Part shown: positions 1-13,616 of the stretch, piece by piece
Numbering within the stretch: the first letter of the stretch is position 1
How the letters are laid out: each line of letters begins with the position of its first letter
Source: the human T2T-CHM13v2.0 reference genome, Homo sapiens
Assembly: GCF_009914755.1 (NCBI RefSeq)
Contig: NC_060934.1
Strand: one strand, 5' to 3'
DNA length: 64,000 bases
Notes under the pieces: generated by a model
Databases searched by the model: none
Told to the model about the DNA's origin: nothing
The model's input: only the letters and a program-made list of their open reading frames with translations
Program-made: the position numbers and the translations under genes

Positions 1-323
1 TCAATGGGCACGTTAAATGCAAGTTAAACACCTGTGGGGAGAGAATTCGTGAAGTGGAAGATACTTCTGAGGAAATCACCTAGAATGCATCACAGAGATA
101 TAAATAATTTTTAAAAAAACCTTGAAGGGCTCAAAAACTGGAGAAAAAAATAAGAGCTGACACACAGCTGATGGGCCTATAGAAAGGAGAACTTTCTGAA
201 TGAAGAGGGAGGAGAGGCAATATTTGAGAGATTCGTCATTTTAAAGAAATTATTAAAAATATAAATCCTTGGGTTGAGTAAGTACAAGTAGTTCTGAGCA
301 CAAAAAGTAAAAATGAATACATG

Positions 324-612
324 GGCTGGGCGCAGTGGCTCATGCCTGCAATCCCAACACTTTGGGAGGCCAAGGCAGGGAAATAACTTGAGGCCAGGAG
401 TTCAAGACCAGCCTGGTCAACATGATGAAACCCCATCTCTACTAAAAATACAAAAAATAGCCAGGCATGATAGCACGCACCTATAGTCCAAGCTACTCAG
501 GAGGCTGAGGCAGGAGAATCACTTGAACCCACAAGGCAGAGGTTGCAGTGAGCCAAGATCGTGCCACTGCACTCCAGACTGGGCGACAGAGCAAGACTGA
601 CTCAAAAAAAAA
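324..612 (+). mobile_element. Alu (AluS-like)
   Basis: Dimeric Alu; TSD aaatgaatacatg on both sides. Confidence 0.95.
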
Positions 613-1281
613 TGAATACATGGATATACCTCAATAAAAATCATAAAATGTCAAAGACAAAGAGAAAATCTAGTTAGCAACCAGGGAGAAAAGACTAATA
701 ACCTAGCAACCAGCTTCCACTTGACGGACCGCAGATGCCTAAAGTGCAATAGAAGAGGTCTGAAGAAAAGAGAATCACATCTTCAATGTGCTGGAAACAA
801 ATAATTTTAACTGAACATTCCATGCCCTGTTCAACAAGCATTCCAGAATGAGAGTGAAATGAAGTAATTTTCATTCAAATAGAGCACCCCACACACACAC
901 ACATAAACACACTGAGAGAACTAGTGAAGAACATAATTCAGAAACAAAGACAGAGTGAGATGCAATGAGCAGGAAAAGTAATAAACATGCAGGGAAATCT
1001 AAACCTAGCGACCACAAACTGTTTGAAACAATACTAATGATGAATGGGGATCATTAGAAACAGGGTGGACCTAAAATTAAGACAATAGAACATGCAAGTT
1101 GAGGGAAAGATACAATAATAACAGTTACGGAGTTCTGTGGTTCTTTTATTCTGGGGAAAGAAGATGAAAATACTGGCTTTAAAAGTGCATATTAAATTTG
1201 TAAAGACTAGGAATAAACCGTATAACTTCAGTGAAAAAGGGAAAGCGAATAACAAAAGTCCAATTAATTCATAGGAGACAG

Positions 1282-1702
<421 letters not shown>

Positions 1703-2501
1703 TTATACATTGACTATGTTTGTATACTGATGAAAATTATCTGTATACTGATGAAAATTATTTGTAAAATGATAAATGAAAAAACATACTAGGCAAATAT
1801 TAATCAAAAGAGAACAGTTCTAGCTATACTTACATTAGACAAAATAAACAAGACAAAAAGCATTATTAGGGTGAAAGAGGTTATCATGTGATCATGGGAA
1901 CAATTTCTATCATATATGACAATGAAAATTCACCATAAAGATATTTTTAAAATCCAGAATCTGTATGTTTCTAACAATATAGTCTTAAAACAGAAAAATC
2001 AAAAACTGATAGATTTATAAAGAGAAATTTTAAAATCCATATAATAATGGAAAAGTTCACATACCTTCGTTCAGTAATTGATAGATTAAGCAGGGAAAAT
2101 AAAGATTAGCAAGGACACAGAAAATTTAAGCAACCCAGTTTACATACTTGACCTAATAAACAGTCACAGAACACCCAACAATCAGCACATTCTGATCAGT
2201 TGCTAAGCAACAAAAGTGGCCTCAAGAAACACCAAAACAGCCAATCCCACGCAGAGCACAGTCTCTGACCACAGTGAAACAGCACTAAAAATCAATTACA
2301 GAAAGACAGTCAACCCTGCAAATGTATTTGAAAATTCAACACTTTAAATAGCTTATGAATTGGAAGAAATCATATTGAAAATTAGAAATTAGAATCAAAT
2401 AATGATGAATGCATAGCATATAAAAAATATAGGATGAACCTAAAGCAGTACTTAGAGGGAAAGTTATAGCTTTAAATGCAAGTATTAAAAAGCAAGGAAG
2501 A

Positions 2502-2812
2502 GGGCAGGGTGCAATGGCTCACACCTGTAATCTCAGCACTTTGGGAGGCTGAGGCGGGTGGATCACTTGAGGTCAGGAGTTCAAGACCAGCCTGGCCAAC
2601 ATGGTGAAACCTCGTCTCTACTAAAAATACAAAAATTAGCTGGGCATGGTGGCAGGCGCCTGTCATCCCAGCTACTCAGGAGGCTGAAGCAGGAGAATCA
2701 CTTGAACCTGGGAGCCGGAGGAGGTTGCAGTGAGCCGAGATCGTGCCACTGTACTCCAGCCTGGGCGACAGAATCAGACTGTCTCAAAAAAAAGAAAGAA
2801 AGAAAAAAAAAA
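2502..2812 (+). mobile_element. Alu (AluSx-like)
   Basis: Dimeric Alu; TSD aaaaagcaaggaaga. Confidence 0.95.
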
Positions 2813-3730
2813 GCAAGGAAGACTAAAAAACTATGAAACAAGGATCTAACTCAAATTATTATTTGAAGAATTAACAGACTAAATTCCAAAGCCACCAAAG
2901 GAAGAAAATGATGATGAGCATATTCATTTGGGGAAACAAATGAAATTGAACCTCTACCTCTCTCCATGCTTAAAAATTAATTCTAGCTGGATTAAGTACT
3001 TAAATGACAAAAGTAAAAATTTCACTAGGAAATATAAGTAAAAGTCTTTCCAAATGTAGAGTAGGAAAAGATTTTTTAAAAAAGACACAGCAAACACTAG
3101 CAATAAAATAAAAGATTGATAAATTTGACTATATATAAAAAAGTAAGCTCATCAACAAATAACTTAGTGAAACAGAAAGACACATTAGAAACTTGGAGAT
3201 AATATTTACATAATCTACACTGAATCTGAATCAAGAATACAAAGAACCCCTACAAATCAATAAGAGAAGGACAAACAAGCCAATAAAAATGAACAGGAAA
3301 AAGAACTGAAAAGGAAACACACATGAAGAAATGTCTGAAACCATTAGACATAAAGAAAATCAAATAAAGGTCAGAATGAGATTTTAAACTAATTTGGTCT
3401 ACAAAAATTAAAGTCTGATAGCATTACATATTGGAAAGGATACAAATCAGCAGGATTTCTTATACTTAAAGTGTAATAGTTGGCACAATGGATACAATTC
3501 CATTCCTGGCTCTATGTCCAAGAGACAACCTCACTCATGTGTACCGGGAGGCATATATCAAAGTGTTAATAGCTGCAGTATTTATAATGGAAAAACCTGA
3601 GATAACTGAATGCCTTTCAATAAGAAATCACATAGGTAATAAGAAATTAGAACCAGGTAAGAGAGAATAGATAAATTGTGGAATATTTACAAAATGGCAT
3701 ATCATACCATGGTGAAACTTAAAAGTACAG

Positions 3731-4102
3731 TGATATGGTTTGGCTGTGTCCCCACCAAATTTCATCTTGAATTGTAGCTCCCATAATTCCCACCTGTTGT
3801 GGGAGGCACCCGGTGAGAGATGATTGAATCATGGGGGGTGGTTTCCCCCATGCTGTTCTTGTGGTAGTGAATAAGTCTCAGGAGATCCGATGGTTTTATA
3901 AGGGGAAATGCCTTTTGCTTGGTTCTCATTCTCTCTCACCTGCTGCCATATAAGACATATCTTTGTTCTTCCCTTGCCTTCCGCCATGATTATGAAGCCT
4001 CCCCAGCCATGTGGAACTGTGAGTCCATTAAACTTCTTTTTCTTTATAAATTACCCAGTCTCAGGTATGTCTTTATCAGCAGCATGAAAACGGACTAATA
4101 TA
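3731..4102 (+). mobile_element. THE1 (MaLR) solo LTR
   Basis: tgatatggtttggctgtgtcccc...gaaaacggactaatata; 5-bp TSD tacag (3726-3730 / 4103-4107). Confidence 0.92.
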
Positions 4103-4694
4103 TACAGCTACATGCAATAATGTGGATAAAACACACCAGTATAACATTGACTTTAAAAACAAAGTCTCAGAATATTAAGTACAGCAAGATCCCTTTTTAT
4201 TACATTAAGAACAACTAAAAATAATGTTCTTCTAGGTATATACAAACATATAAGCAAGGAAATAGTACAAAACTGAGAATAGTGTTTACTAGCTGGGGAA
4301 GAAAGGTGGAGGAGAGGAGAGGAATAGACAGGTAGCTGTGAGTTATTGGGGTGTCCTTTCTCTAATTCTGGAGAGTGGGTTCATGGGTGCTTACTAGTAC
4401 AGGCATAACCAAAATAAAACAGGCATGACAGGATGACAGGGAGCCTCTTCTGCCAAGAATTCTGGCTTATCTGGTTCTGAGCACCTGAGGTCTGTTAGAA
4501 AGTTAACAACAGAGTAATCAAATAAATAATAAAAGGCTGATTTTTTGAAGAGACTAATAAGAGAGACAAACCTCCAGCATGAGATCAAGGTGAATAAAGG
4601 GAAGAAAAACATGGAAATAGTCTTAAAAATATTTTAAAAAAGTAATTACAGTTAAAGTCAAAATTTAAATAACCATTTGAGAATAGGACACATG

Positions 4695-4935
4695 TGCATA
4701 TAACATAGGCACATCCTCCTGTGTACTTTACACCATTTATGGACTACTTGCAATACCTAATACAATGTAAATGCTAGGCAAATAGTTGTCATACTGTATT
4801 GTTTTTTGTTTGTATTATATTTTATTGTATTGTTATTTTCTAAAAACGTATTCTTGAACTGCAGTTGGTTGCAGATCCAACCACACTGCAGATCCAACCA
4901 CACTGCAGATCCAGTGTGGACCCCAGGGACAGCGA
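4695..4935 (+). mobile_element. MER2-like DNA transposon fragment (Tigger family)
   Basis: gcacatcctcctgtgtacttta...aatacctaatacaatgtaaatgcta matches the MER2 core as recalled. Confidence 0.7.
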
Positions 4936-5005
4936 TGGCCAGGAAGGCATGGTCAGTGAATGAAGCATGCCTGGAGACCAATACACGTCAACTTTAGAAG
5001 GGGAG

Positions 5006-7282
5006 TATATTAGTCCATTTTCAACCTGCTGATAAAGACAACCAGAGACTGGAAAGAAAAAGAGATTTAACTGGACTTACAGTTCTACATGGCTGGGGAG
5101 GCCTCAGAATCATGGTGGGAGGCAAAAGGCACTTCTTACATGGCAGTGGCAAGAGAAAGTGAGAAAGTAGAAAAAGTGGAAACCCCTGATAAACCCATCA
5201 GATCTCGTGAAATTTATTCACTATCACAAGAATAGCATGGGAAAGACCAGCCCCCATGATTCAATTACTTCCCACTGGGTCCCTCCCACAGCACATGGGA
5301 ATTCTGGGAGCTACAATGCAACATTTGGGAGGGGACACAGCCAAACCATATCATTCTGCCCCAACCCCTCCAAATCTCATGTCCTCACATTTGAAAACCA
5401 ATCATGCCTTCCCAACAGTCCCCCAAAGTGTTAACTCATTTCAGTATGAACCCAAAAGTCAACAGTCCAAAGTCTCATCCAAGACAAGGAAAGTCCCTTC
5501 TGCCTATGAGCCTGTAAAATCAAAAGCAAGCTAGTTACTTCCTACATAGAATGGAGGTACAGGTATTGGGTAAATACAGCCGTTCCAAATGGGAGAAATT
5601 GGCCAAAACAAAAGGGTTTCAGGACCCATGCATCCAAAATCCAGCAGGGCAGTCAAATTTTAAAGCTCCAAAACGATCTCCTTTGACTCCAAGTCTCACA
5701 TCTAGGTCACGCTGATGTAAAAAGTAGGTTCCCATGGTCTTGGGAAGCTCCGCCCCTGTGGCTTTGCAGGGTACAGACTCCTGCCCAGCTGCTTTCATGG
5801 GCTGCCATTGTCTGCGGCTTTTCCAGGTGCACAGTGCAAACTGTTGGTGCATCTACCATTCTGGGGTCTGGAGGACAGTGGCCCTCTTCTTATAGCTCCA
5901 CTAAGTGATGCCCCAGTAGGGACTCTGCCTGGGGGCCCTGACTCCACATTTCCTTCCACACTGCCCTAGCAAAGGTTCTCCATGAGTGCCCCGCCCCTGC
6001 AGCAAACTTCTGCCTGGGCATCTAGGCATTTCCATACATCTTCTGAAATCCAGGTGGAGGTTCCCAAACCTCAATTCTTGTCTTCTGTGCATCCTCAGGC
6101 TCAACACCATGTGGAAGCTGCCAAGGCTTGGGGCTTGCACCATCTGAAGCCATGGCCTGAGCTCTATGTTGGCCCCTTTCAGCCACAGCTGGAGCAGCTG
6201 GGATGCAGGACACCAAGTCCGTAGGCTGCACACAGCTGGGGGACCCTGGGCCCAGCCCATGAAACCACTTTTTTCCTCCTAGGCCTTCGGGCCTGTGATA
6301 GGAGGAGCTGCTGTGAAGACCTCTGACATGTCCTGGAGACATTTTCCCCCATCCTCTTGGGGACTGACATTTGGCTCCTCGTTACTTTATGCAAATTTCT
6401 ACAGCCGACTTGAATTTCTCCTCAGAAAATGGGTTTTTCTTTTCTATCACATTGTCAGGCTGCAAATTTTCCAAACTTTTATGCACTGCTTCCCTTATAA
6501 AACTAAATGCCTTTAACAGCCTCCAAGTCATCTCTTGGATGCTTTGCTGCTTGGAAATTTCTTCCGCTAGATACCCTAAATCATTGCTCTCAAGTTCAAA
6601 GTCCCACACATCTCTAGGGCAGGGGCAAAATGCTGCCAGTATCTTTGCTAAAACGTAACAAGAGTCACCTTCACTCCAGTTCCCAAAACAAGTTTCTCAT
6701 CTCCATCTGAGACCACCTCAGTCTGGACCTTATTGTCCATATTGCTATCAGGCTTCTGGTCAAACCCATTCAACAAGTCTCCAGGGAGTTCCAAACTTTC
6801 CCACATTTTCCTGTCCTCTTCTGAGCCTTCCAAACTGTTCTAACCTCTGCCTATTACCCAGTTCCAAAGTCACTTCCACATTTTTGGGTATCTTTTCAGC
6901 AACATTCCATTCTACTGGTACCAACTGACTGTATTAGTCCATTTTCATGCTGCTAATAAAGACATACGCAAGACTGGGAAGAAAAAGAGGTTTAATTGGA
7001 CTTACAGTTCCACATGGCTGGGCAGGCCTCAGAATCATGGCAGGAGGTGAAAGGCACTTCTTACATGGTGATGGCAAAAGAAAATGAGAAAGAAGCAAAA
7101 GCAGAAACCCCTGATAAACCCATCAGATCTCGTGAGACTTGTTCACTACCATGAGAATAGCATGGGAAAGACCGGCCCTCATGATTCAATTACCTCCGCC
7201 TGGTCCCTCCCACAACACATGGAAATTCTGGGATCTACAATTCAAGTTGAGATTTGGGTGGGGGCACAGCCACACCACATCA
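5006..7282 (-). mobile_element. Full-length THE1 provirus (THE1C-like): LTR 5006-5353, internal 5354-6929, LTR 6930-7282
   Basis: Two similar LTRs (t(g/a)tattagtcc...cca(t/c)atca) around THE1-int (decayed MWESLELP.../MWDFELE... ORFs); TSD gggag/gagag. Confidence 0.95.
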
Positions 7283-7607
7283 GAGAGTTACCTCTGCAGA
7301 GAGAGGACATGAAAAGGAACTGGGGTGGCTAATTCTTTTTGTCACATGTATGTCTTTAAGGGAAAAAGAAAAGATCTGAGACAAATTTTGCTTAATATCT
7401 TGGTAACTGTTAAACCAAAGATGCAAGGTCATCATTGCAAAAGGCAGAATGGCACCATTTAATTCTGCCTTCAAAAATGCACAAGTCTAAAAGGGAGGTT
7501 TCAAAAAGAAGTCAATAATTAACTCAAAAATAGGGAGAGGAAATCTCTGAGAGGAAACTGGTGAGCAGCCAGGCGGGGGTTACAGGAATGGGGCAGGCAT
7601 GGTGGGC

Positions 7608-8128
7608 ACTACTATATTGGATGCTGATGGCATGGCCTCTCTGTTAACTACAGCAGAAGCTGTAGTCACAGAAATTCCTAAAGAAGAGAAGAACCCTGGA
7701 ATGGGTGGAATGGGAGGTGGTATGAGAGGTGGCATGTTCTAATTCCTAGAATAGTGCTTTACCTTTATTAATGAGCTGTGACAGGAAGCCCAAGGCAGTG
7801 TTCCTCACTAATAATTTCAGAGAAGTCAGTTGGAGAAAATGAAGAAAAGGCTGGCTGATGTTTAAGAAATCACTATAACCATCAGTTACTGGTTTCAGTT
7901 GACAAAATATATAATGGTTTATTGCTGTCATTGTCCGTGCCTACAGATAATTCATTTTGTACTTTTGAATAAAAAGACATTTGTACATTCCTGATACTGG
8001 GTACAAGAGCCATGTACCAATGTACTGCTTTCAAAGTAAGTCACTGAGGCATTTTTACTACTATTCTGTAAAAATCAGGATTTTAGTGCTTGCCACAACC
8101 ATATAAGAAGTTAAGCGTCTTTCTATGG
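7608..8128 (+). pseudogene. HSPD1 (HSP60 chaperonin) pseudogene fragment: last 44 codons, stop and most of the 3' UTR
   Basis: 7608-7742 translates [44 protein letters not shown], matching the HSP60 GGM-repeat tail (...[39 protein letters not shown]). The following sequence resembles the HSPD1 3' UTR as I recall it, with AATAAA at 7968-7973. Confidence 0.93.
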
Positions 8129-8359
8129 AGGCCGAGGAAAACCCTGGCTGCCCGCAGTGCAGCTTCCACACTGTGGTCACGAAGTGGAGGAGGGGCCTCC
8201 CTCTCAATACAAGTTACAGTTATTCTAAAATGCGATTGTTGTGAAAGCAGGACTAATGAAAAAAATTTACTCACTTTGCCCTCTTAGTAAACTCGGGACA
8301 GCTGTTTACATTTCCCCCTCTTCCCTTGCCTGTGTAGACCCAGTTGTGCACGGTGTGCC

Positions 8360-9160
8360 ATTTTGCATTCTGATTTCTTAACAACAAAGCGTGCTGTCCC
8401 CCAGCCGCCGGCGTCTCCGCAGGTGGGGTGCTGTATTTCCTGTCTGTGGGTGGCAGCGGGTGCGGACGGGAGCAGAGAGTTCGCAGCCAGGGTGCTCGGG
8501 TGGGCCCAACGCTGTCCGCCCGCAGCGCCAGCCCCGCTGTGCACAGGGTTTTCCTGGTGTCACAGGTAGTTACACCGCGCTTTGTTTTGGTTTGTTTATT
8601 TATATTACTGTTTACGACCAACTAAAAACTAAAAGGAGAAAAGGCAGCATATGCAAGAACCAGACAGGAACAAAAGCAGGCGGGAGAAAGTGTGCTTTAC
8701 CACTGAAAGCAAAACTTCGTCCTGTGAGTTGAGCCCAAAAACTCCCGGGAGCGGCAGAAACGAACGGCCTCCTCCTCCAGGACCATCTTTGTTGCCCTAG
8801 CACATCCCTGGCCCCAGGCTGCCGGTATCCAAACAAGACCCGCGCCCCCGGGGGAAGGGGTGGGGGCCTGTCTTTTAGGAAAACCAAGCTGAATCGCCAG
8901 AACTGCAAATGTCCAACATTGCTTTTCCTCAGGCAGAAGAGTTAAACAAATGCCTGGTTTTCCTAACTTGTATCACTGTCCTCCAAACGACAGTTACGCA
9001 CGGGTGAGCTGCCACTGAGGAAGAAGGTGGACCCCCGCCCTCTCGCGCTCTCTGCCTCAGCGCCCGGTGCGGGGTCGGGACGCTGAGTGGGGACCCATGC
9101 CCAGGTCGGCCTTGATTGTCTTGCAAAGCGAAAGCAAAGGCACAGGGCACCGAATTCCCT
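8360..9160. promoter_or_regulatory. Orphan CpG-rich, GC-rich element (candidate enhancer or CpG island)
   Basis: About 17 CpG in 8381-8580 and more than 20 in 8740-9155, against a CpG-depleted background; not a recognisable repeat. Confidence 0.6.
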
Positions 9161-10149
9161 GTGAAGAAGAAAAGGATCAATGGTGGTGGCCAATATTGAG
9201 AAACACGGTTCCTCAAACCAAGGCACAAAGCTAAGGTGCTGCCCTTCCTCTCTCCCAAAGAAGCAGAAAGTTGAAACAACATAGAAATTCTTGACAGCCA
9301 CGATGCTGGTGATATGCATTAGTCAGATTTTTCCTGTCTTAAATTCAGAAACTGCACAAAACAATACAGTAATCTCCGTGGAAGCTGATGCCAGTCTTTT
9401 TCCAAATCTGAAACCCACAATGCACACAAGGTGAGATTGTCAGCACATCACACTGTGCTTGGTTGACCATGCTGGGGGCAGGTGGCCATGGAACCAGGAA
9501 GGCCATAGGACTACAAGAATTTCTTTTGTTCAGATGAACAATTACCTTCTCAAGCTGCTCACTGCAGACTTCTTTCCATTCTTCACTTCCATCTTTTTAT
9601 TCCTATTTTTAGTGAAAAATATTTTCTATTTTAAGTTCAGTTTACTTGCTCAGCAAAATGTAATTTTTATTCTCCAGATTAAAACAATTTCAAAATTCTA
9701 TTCCAAACATTAATTTTAGGATTAAAACATACCCAACAGACTGAAAATGTTAGAGTGTCACTCTGTCTGCAGATAGAGTGATTTTGTTTTCATTTACTTC
9801 TGACGCTTGTGCCAATGAGGGTGTAAAATGTACCGTTAGTGTGGCTTGGTGGGCAGGAAGTTACCTCTTCTTCTGCCTTTGCGTAAATGACGTTCCCAGT
9901 GATTTAACAGAACAGACATTGAATGGGAAACTGAATTCTAACTTCTGAAAGAACCTTTTGCCATTTGTGTTGTAAAGATTCAGATTTTAAAAATATGTTC
10001 TACAATTACTTTCATAAATTAAGTGTTTATAAACTGAGGTTAAAGGAAGTTAAATCAATGTCATTAGATGAAGACAAAATTCCAAGACAACAGAAAAAAA
10101 AGTACACGTAAAAAAACTCATAAATACTTGTATACTATTTAGATATATA

Positions 10150-10723
10150 CAATCATACACCACATAATGATGTTTCAGTCAATCATGGATGGAATACACA
10201 ATGGTGGTCCCAAAAGACTATAATAGAGCTAAAAAATTCTTACCACCTAGTACATCACAGCCCTCAGAACATTGCAGTGCAATATATTATGTGTTTATCT
10301 TGATGCTGTTGTAAACAACCCTACTGCACTGCCAGTTGTATAAAAGTGTACAGTAATGTCTTAGGCCTTCACATTCACTTACACTCACTGACAAACCCAG
10401 AGCAACTTCCAGTCCTCCAAGCTCCAGTCAGAAGTGTCCTATAGGGGTGTACCATTTGCTATCTTTTATACCATATTTTTTCTGCACCTTTTCTGTGTTT
10501 AGATATGTTCAGATACACAAATACCATTATGTTACAACTGCCTACAGCAATCAGTACAGTCACATGCTGTACAGGTTTGTAGCCATATAGCCTAGGTGTG
10601 TAGTAGCTGTACCACTGAGGTTTGGATAAGTCACTCTATGAGGCTAGCACAATGATAAAAGTGCCTATGACATGCTGCTCAGAACGTGTCCTCATATCCC
10701 TGTCATTAAGTGACACCTGTCTG
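10150..10723 (+). mobile_element. Tigger3-family non-autonomous DNA transposon
   Basis: caatcatacaccacataatgatgtttcagtcaa...tcattaagtgacacctgtctg; TA at both ends. Confidence 0.8.
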
Positions 10724-13012
10724 TATATACATTCATAAGTGGTTGACGACAGGAAAAGGAAGGCCACTGTGAATCAAAAACCACATAGGATAAGAAGGAA
10801 AGCATACTCAGATGGGGCAGGTGGCGGCTGCCAAGGTGGGAGTGCTGGCAAGGAGAGGTGTGCTGGGCCCACAGGGTCACTGCATTAGGATCAGCCAAGG
10901 ATTAGGTCCTCCTTCCCCTGCCCTTGCCATGCAGAGACCTTTGTCTACCCCTGCCCCAGACATTTCTGTGGACACTTCGACAAAGAGGCCTTGCCATGCC
11001 CTCAGGGCTGGAATTCACCAGGAGAAATGGGAGCCTTCACCCTACTGAGACTCGCTCCTGGACACCCTCCTCAGCAGCCCAACCCAGCTCTCTCCACAGC
11101 GCTGGAGGCAGTGTAGGATCCACAGGATCAACAGGACAGGCAAACAGGGGGTCTCAAATATATCAAACATAGCTAAGACCACCCAAGATCTGAAGAAAAC
11201 CAACACCACAAAACTCAACCAACTGCAGCACTGGAGGAGGCAAAAGGAGATGGGGAGGATATATCCTATATTTTAGGAGAGCCCAGTGCATCCATGACAC
11301 AGGACAGAGCATTACGAAAGAAGGACCAAGGGCAAATCCTAGGAGAGAACAGTCGATTGTGAAATTAAAAGAAAAACATCGGGGCATGGGCAGAATATCA
11401 GAATGGACACTATTGAAAAGCAATTGAGTGAGTACGAGGATTGAGCTGAAACATTCTTCCAAAATGTACAAAAGCCCAGTTTTACAAGTAGTCTATGAAA
11501 TGTGCATGTAATTCCTATGTTACAGGAACTCTTCTGAGAACATAAAAAGGTGGAGTATTTCCCAATTTATTTTCCAAGACAAGAACAACTTTCACACATG
11601 CATGCATGCACACACACACAGCACAGCAAAAAGTAAAGAAAAAATAACTATACAGCAATTTCCCTTATGATCTGAGAGGTTAAAAATCTAATAAAGTATT
11701 AGCCAATTGAAACCAGCAGTATATTAAAAGCGAAATATATCATGACCAAATAGGGGTTCCCCACCTTCATCCCAGGATTAGGAATATTCTAGGAATGATG
11801 AGTTGATTTAAAAAAAACAACAACAAAAAAACACTAAATATACTATACTAATCCAATTCAGAAACCTAGTAGATTAAAGAAGTATTGTCATTTCAGTAAA
11901 TGTAGAAAATGCAACTAAAAAATTCATAATTTGTTTCTAATGAAAACTATTTGTAAGCTAGGAACAGGAAAAGGGTTCTTAACTCATTAAAAGGTGTCAA
12001 CCAGAAATTTAGAGCACATATGCTTCACACATGCAAAGCATTCCTCATTTAAGTTAGGAAAAAGACACAGATGACCACTCCCATCACCATTCCTGGCAAA
12101 TGCGGGGCTAGAGGAAGATGGTAGCACAGTAAGAAAAGAATAAGGTTTATAAATACTGAAAAGAAAGAGGCAATCATGTCGTTATTTGTAGATGATCTTT
12201 GGTATATCTAGAAAATATGAGAACCAGTTGCTGAAGCTTTAGAACTATAAAGATAATCCAGCAGTAATAAAAATAAGAAAAGTAACATAAAAATGAAACT
12301 GCTAACACACACAGCTCTTATTTTTGTGCCAGGCACTATTCTGAGCTCTTTAGACCAACATGACAAATTAAAAAATGTAATGGTTTCAGCAATGTAACAG
12401 ATAAGATTACCCAAAAGGCCTTCTAAACAAGAAATGTTATTTATAATGTTAAATATAATGTGACAAAAATCCGTTTAACGACATAGCTGAGATCTTAGCA
12501 AAGTCAAGTGCCAGGGGCTACAAACGAGAAAGAAACTATAAATAGAGTGGTCCATATTCCCTGAAAAGTGCTGTTCCTGAAATACAGAAGTTTGGATTTA
12601 ACACCAAGGCATGGGTAGCAGACAAAAATATGGGCTTGCTTTAGAAAAAGAATCAGAACTGAGACCCCCTCATACAGGTATGGCCTCAGAAAAACAGTGG
12701 GCTAGAATATTAATAGAATCTACCTCCCGCTACAGAGAAGCTTTGCTGTTTGAGCTGGATTCTTAGTGGGGGACTTATCCTCCCTCATATCTCACCCCAC
12801 CTCTACACTCAGACAATTCATAACTATAAGTTCACATGAGTTTGAAGTCCAAACTTACATTACCACAAGATCCAAAATATTGAAAGTTAAGAAATTAACA
12901 GAAAAAATTGGTCCCAGGCTGATAATAACCATCAGATGCAAGCACATACAAAAACCATGCTGGTGAGAAAGCCCCTTTGAAGATGACTCACCCATCTTTA
13001 CACACAAAAACG

Positions 13013-13013
<1 letters not shown>

Positions 13014-13047
<34 letters not shown>
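13014..13047. repeat. (CA)n microsatellite, about 17 units
   Basis: Direct reading. Confidence 0.95.
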
Positions 13048-13050
<3 letters not shown>

Positions 13051-13281
13051 CAATTTACTGTGAGGGAGAGCCAGCAGACACCACAAAGAGCAGGATCAAC
13101 AGCAAGACCTCCAGCCAGTGCAGTAATCTGATGGAGTCTATGAAACAGTGGTGTTTAAAATTATTATAGCCACAAGAAGAAAAAATAAGAAAAAAGCATT
13201 GTAAGACAAAATTGGGAAGCTTAGAGGGGAGGAAGAAACAATTTTAGAAATAAACATTATGATTATAAAATTAAAAATTCA

Positions 13282-13616
13282 GGCTGGGCACAGTGCCTCA
13301 TACATGTAATCCCAGTGCTTTGGGAGGCCAAAGCAGGAGGATCACTTGAGCCAAGAGTTCAAAACTGGCCTGGGTGACACAGCGAGACTCTGTCTCTCTG
13401 AAAAAATTTTCAAACTTCAGCCAGGTGTGGTGGCATCTGCCTGTAGCCCCAGCCTCTTGGGAGGCTGAGGCGGGAGGATCACTTGAGCCCAGGAGTTCGA
13501 GGTTGCAGTGAGCTATGGTCAAAAGTTTGCAGTGAGCTATGATCTGAGCTATGATCGTGCCACTGCACTTCAACCTGGGCAAAAGTGAAACTATGTCTCA
13601 AAAAATAATAATAAAA
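13282..13616 (+). mobile_element. Alu (AluJ-like)
   Basis: J-type sequence; (aat)n tail; TSD aaaaattca; internal duplication of ttgcagtgagctatg. Confidence 0.92.

Noticed and set aside
8415-8428. CTCF-like tccgcaggtgggg
   Set aside because: Three mismatches at informative positions; too weak to call.
8271-9319. Overlapping 100-118-aa ORFs in the CpG-rich block
   Set aside because: Expected in GC-rich DNA; no recognisable protein or exon structure.
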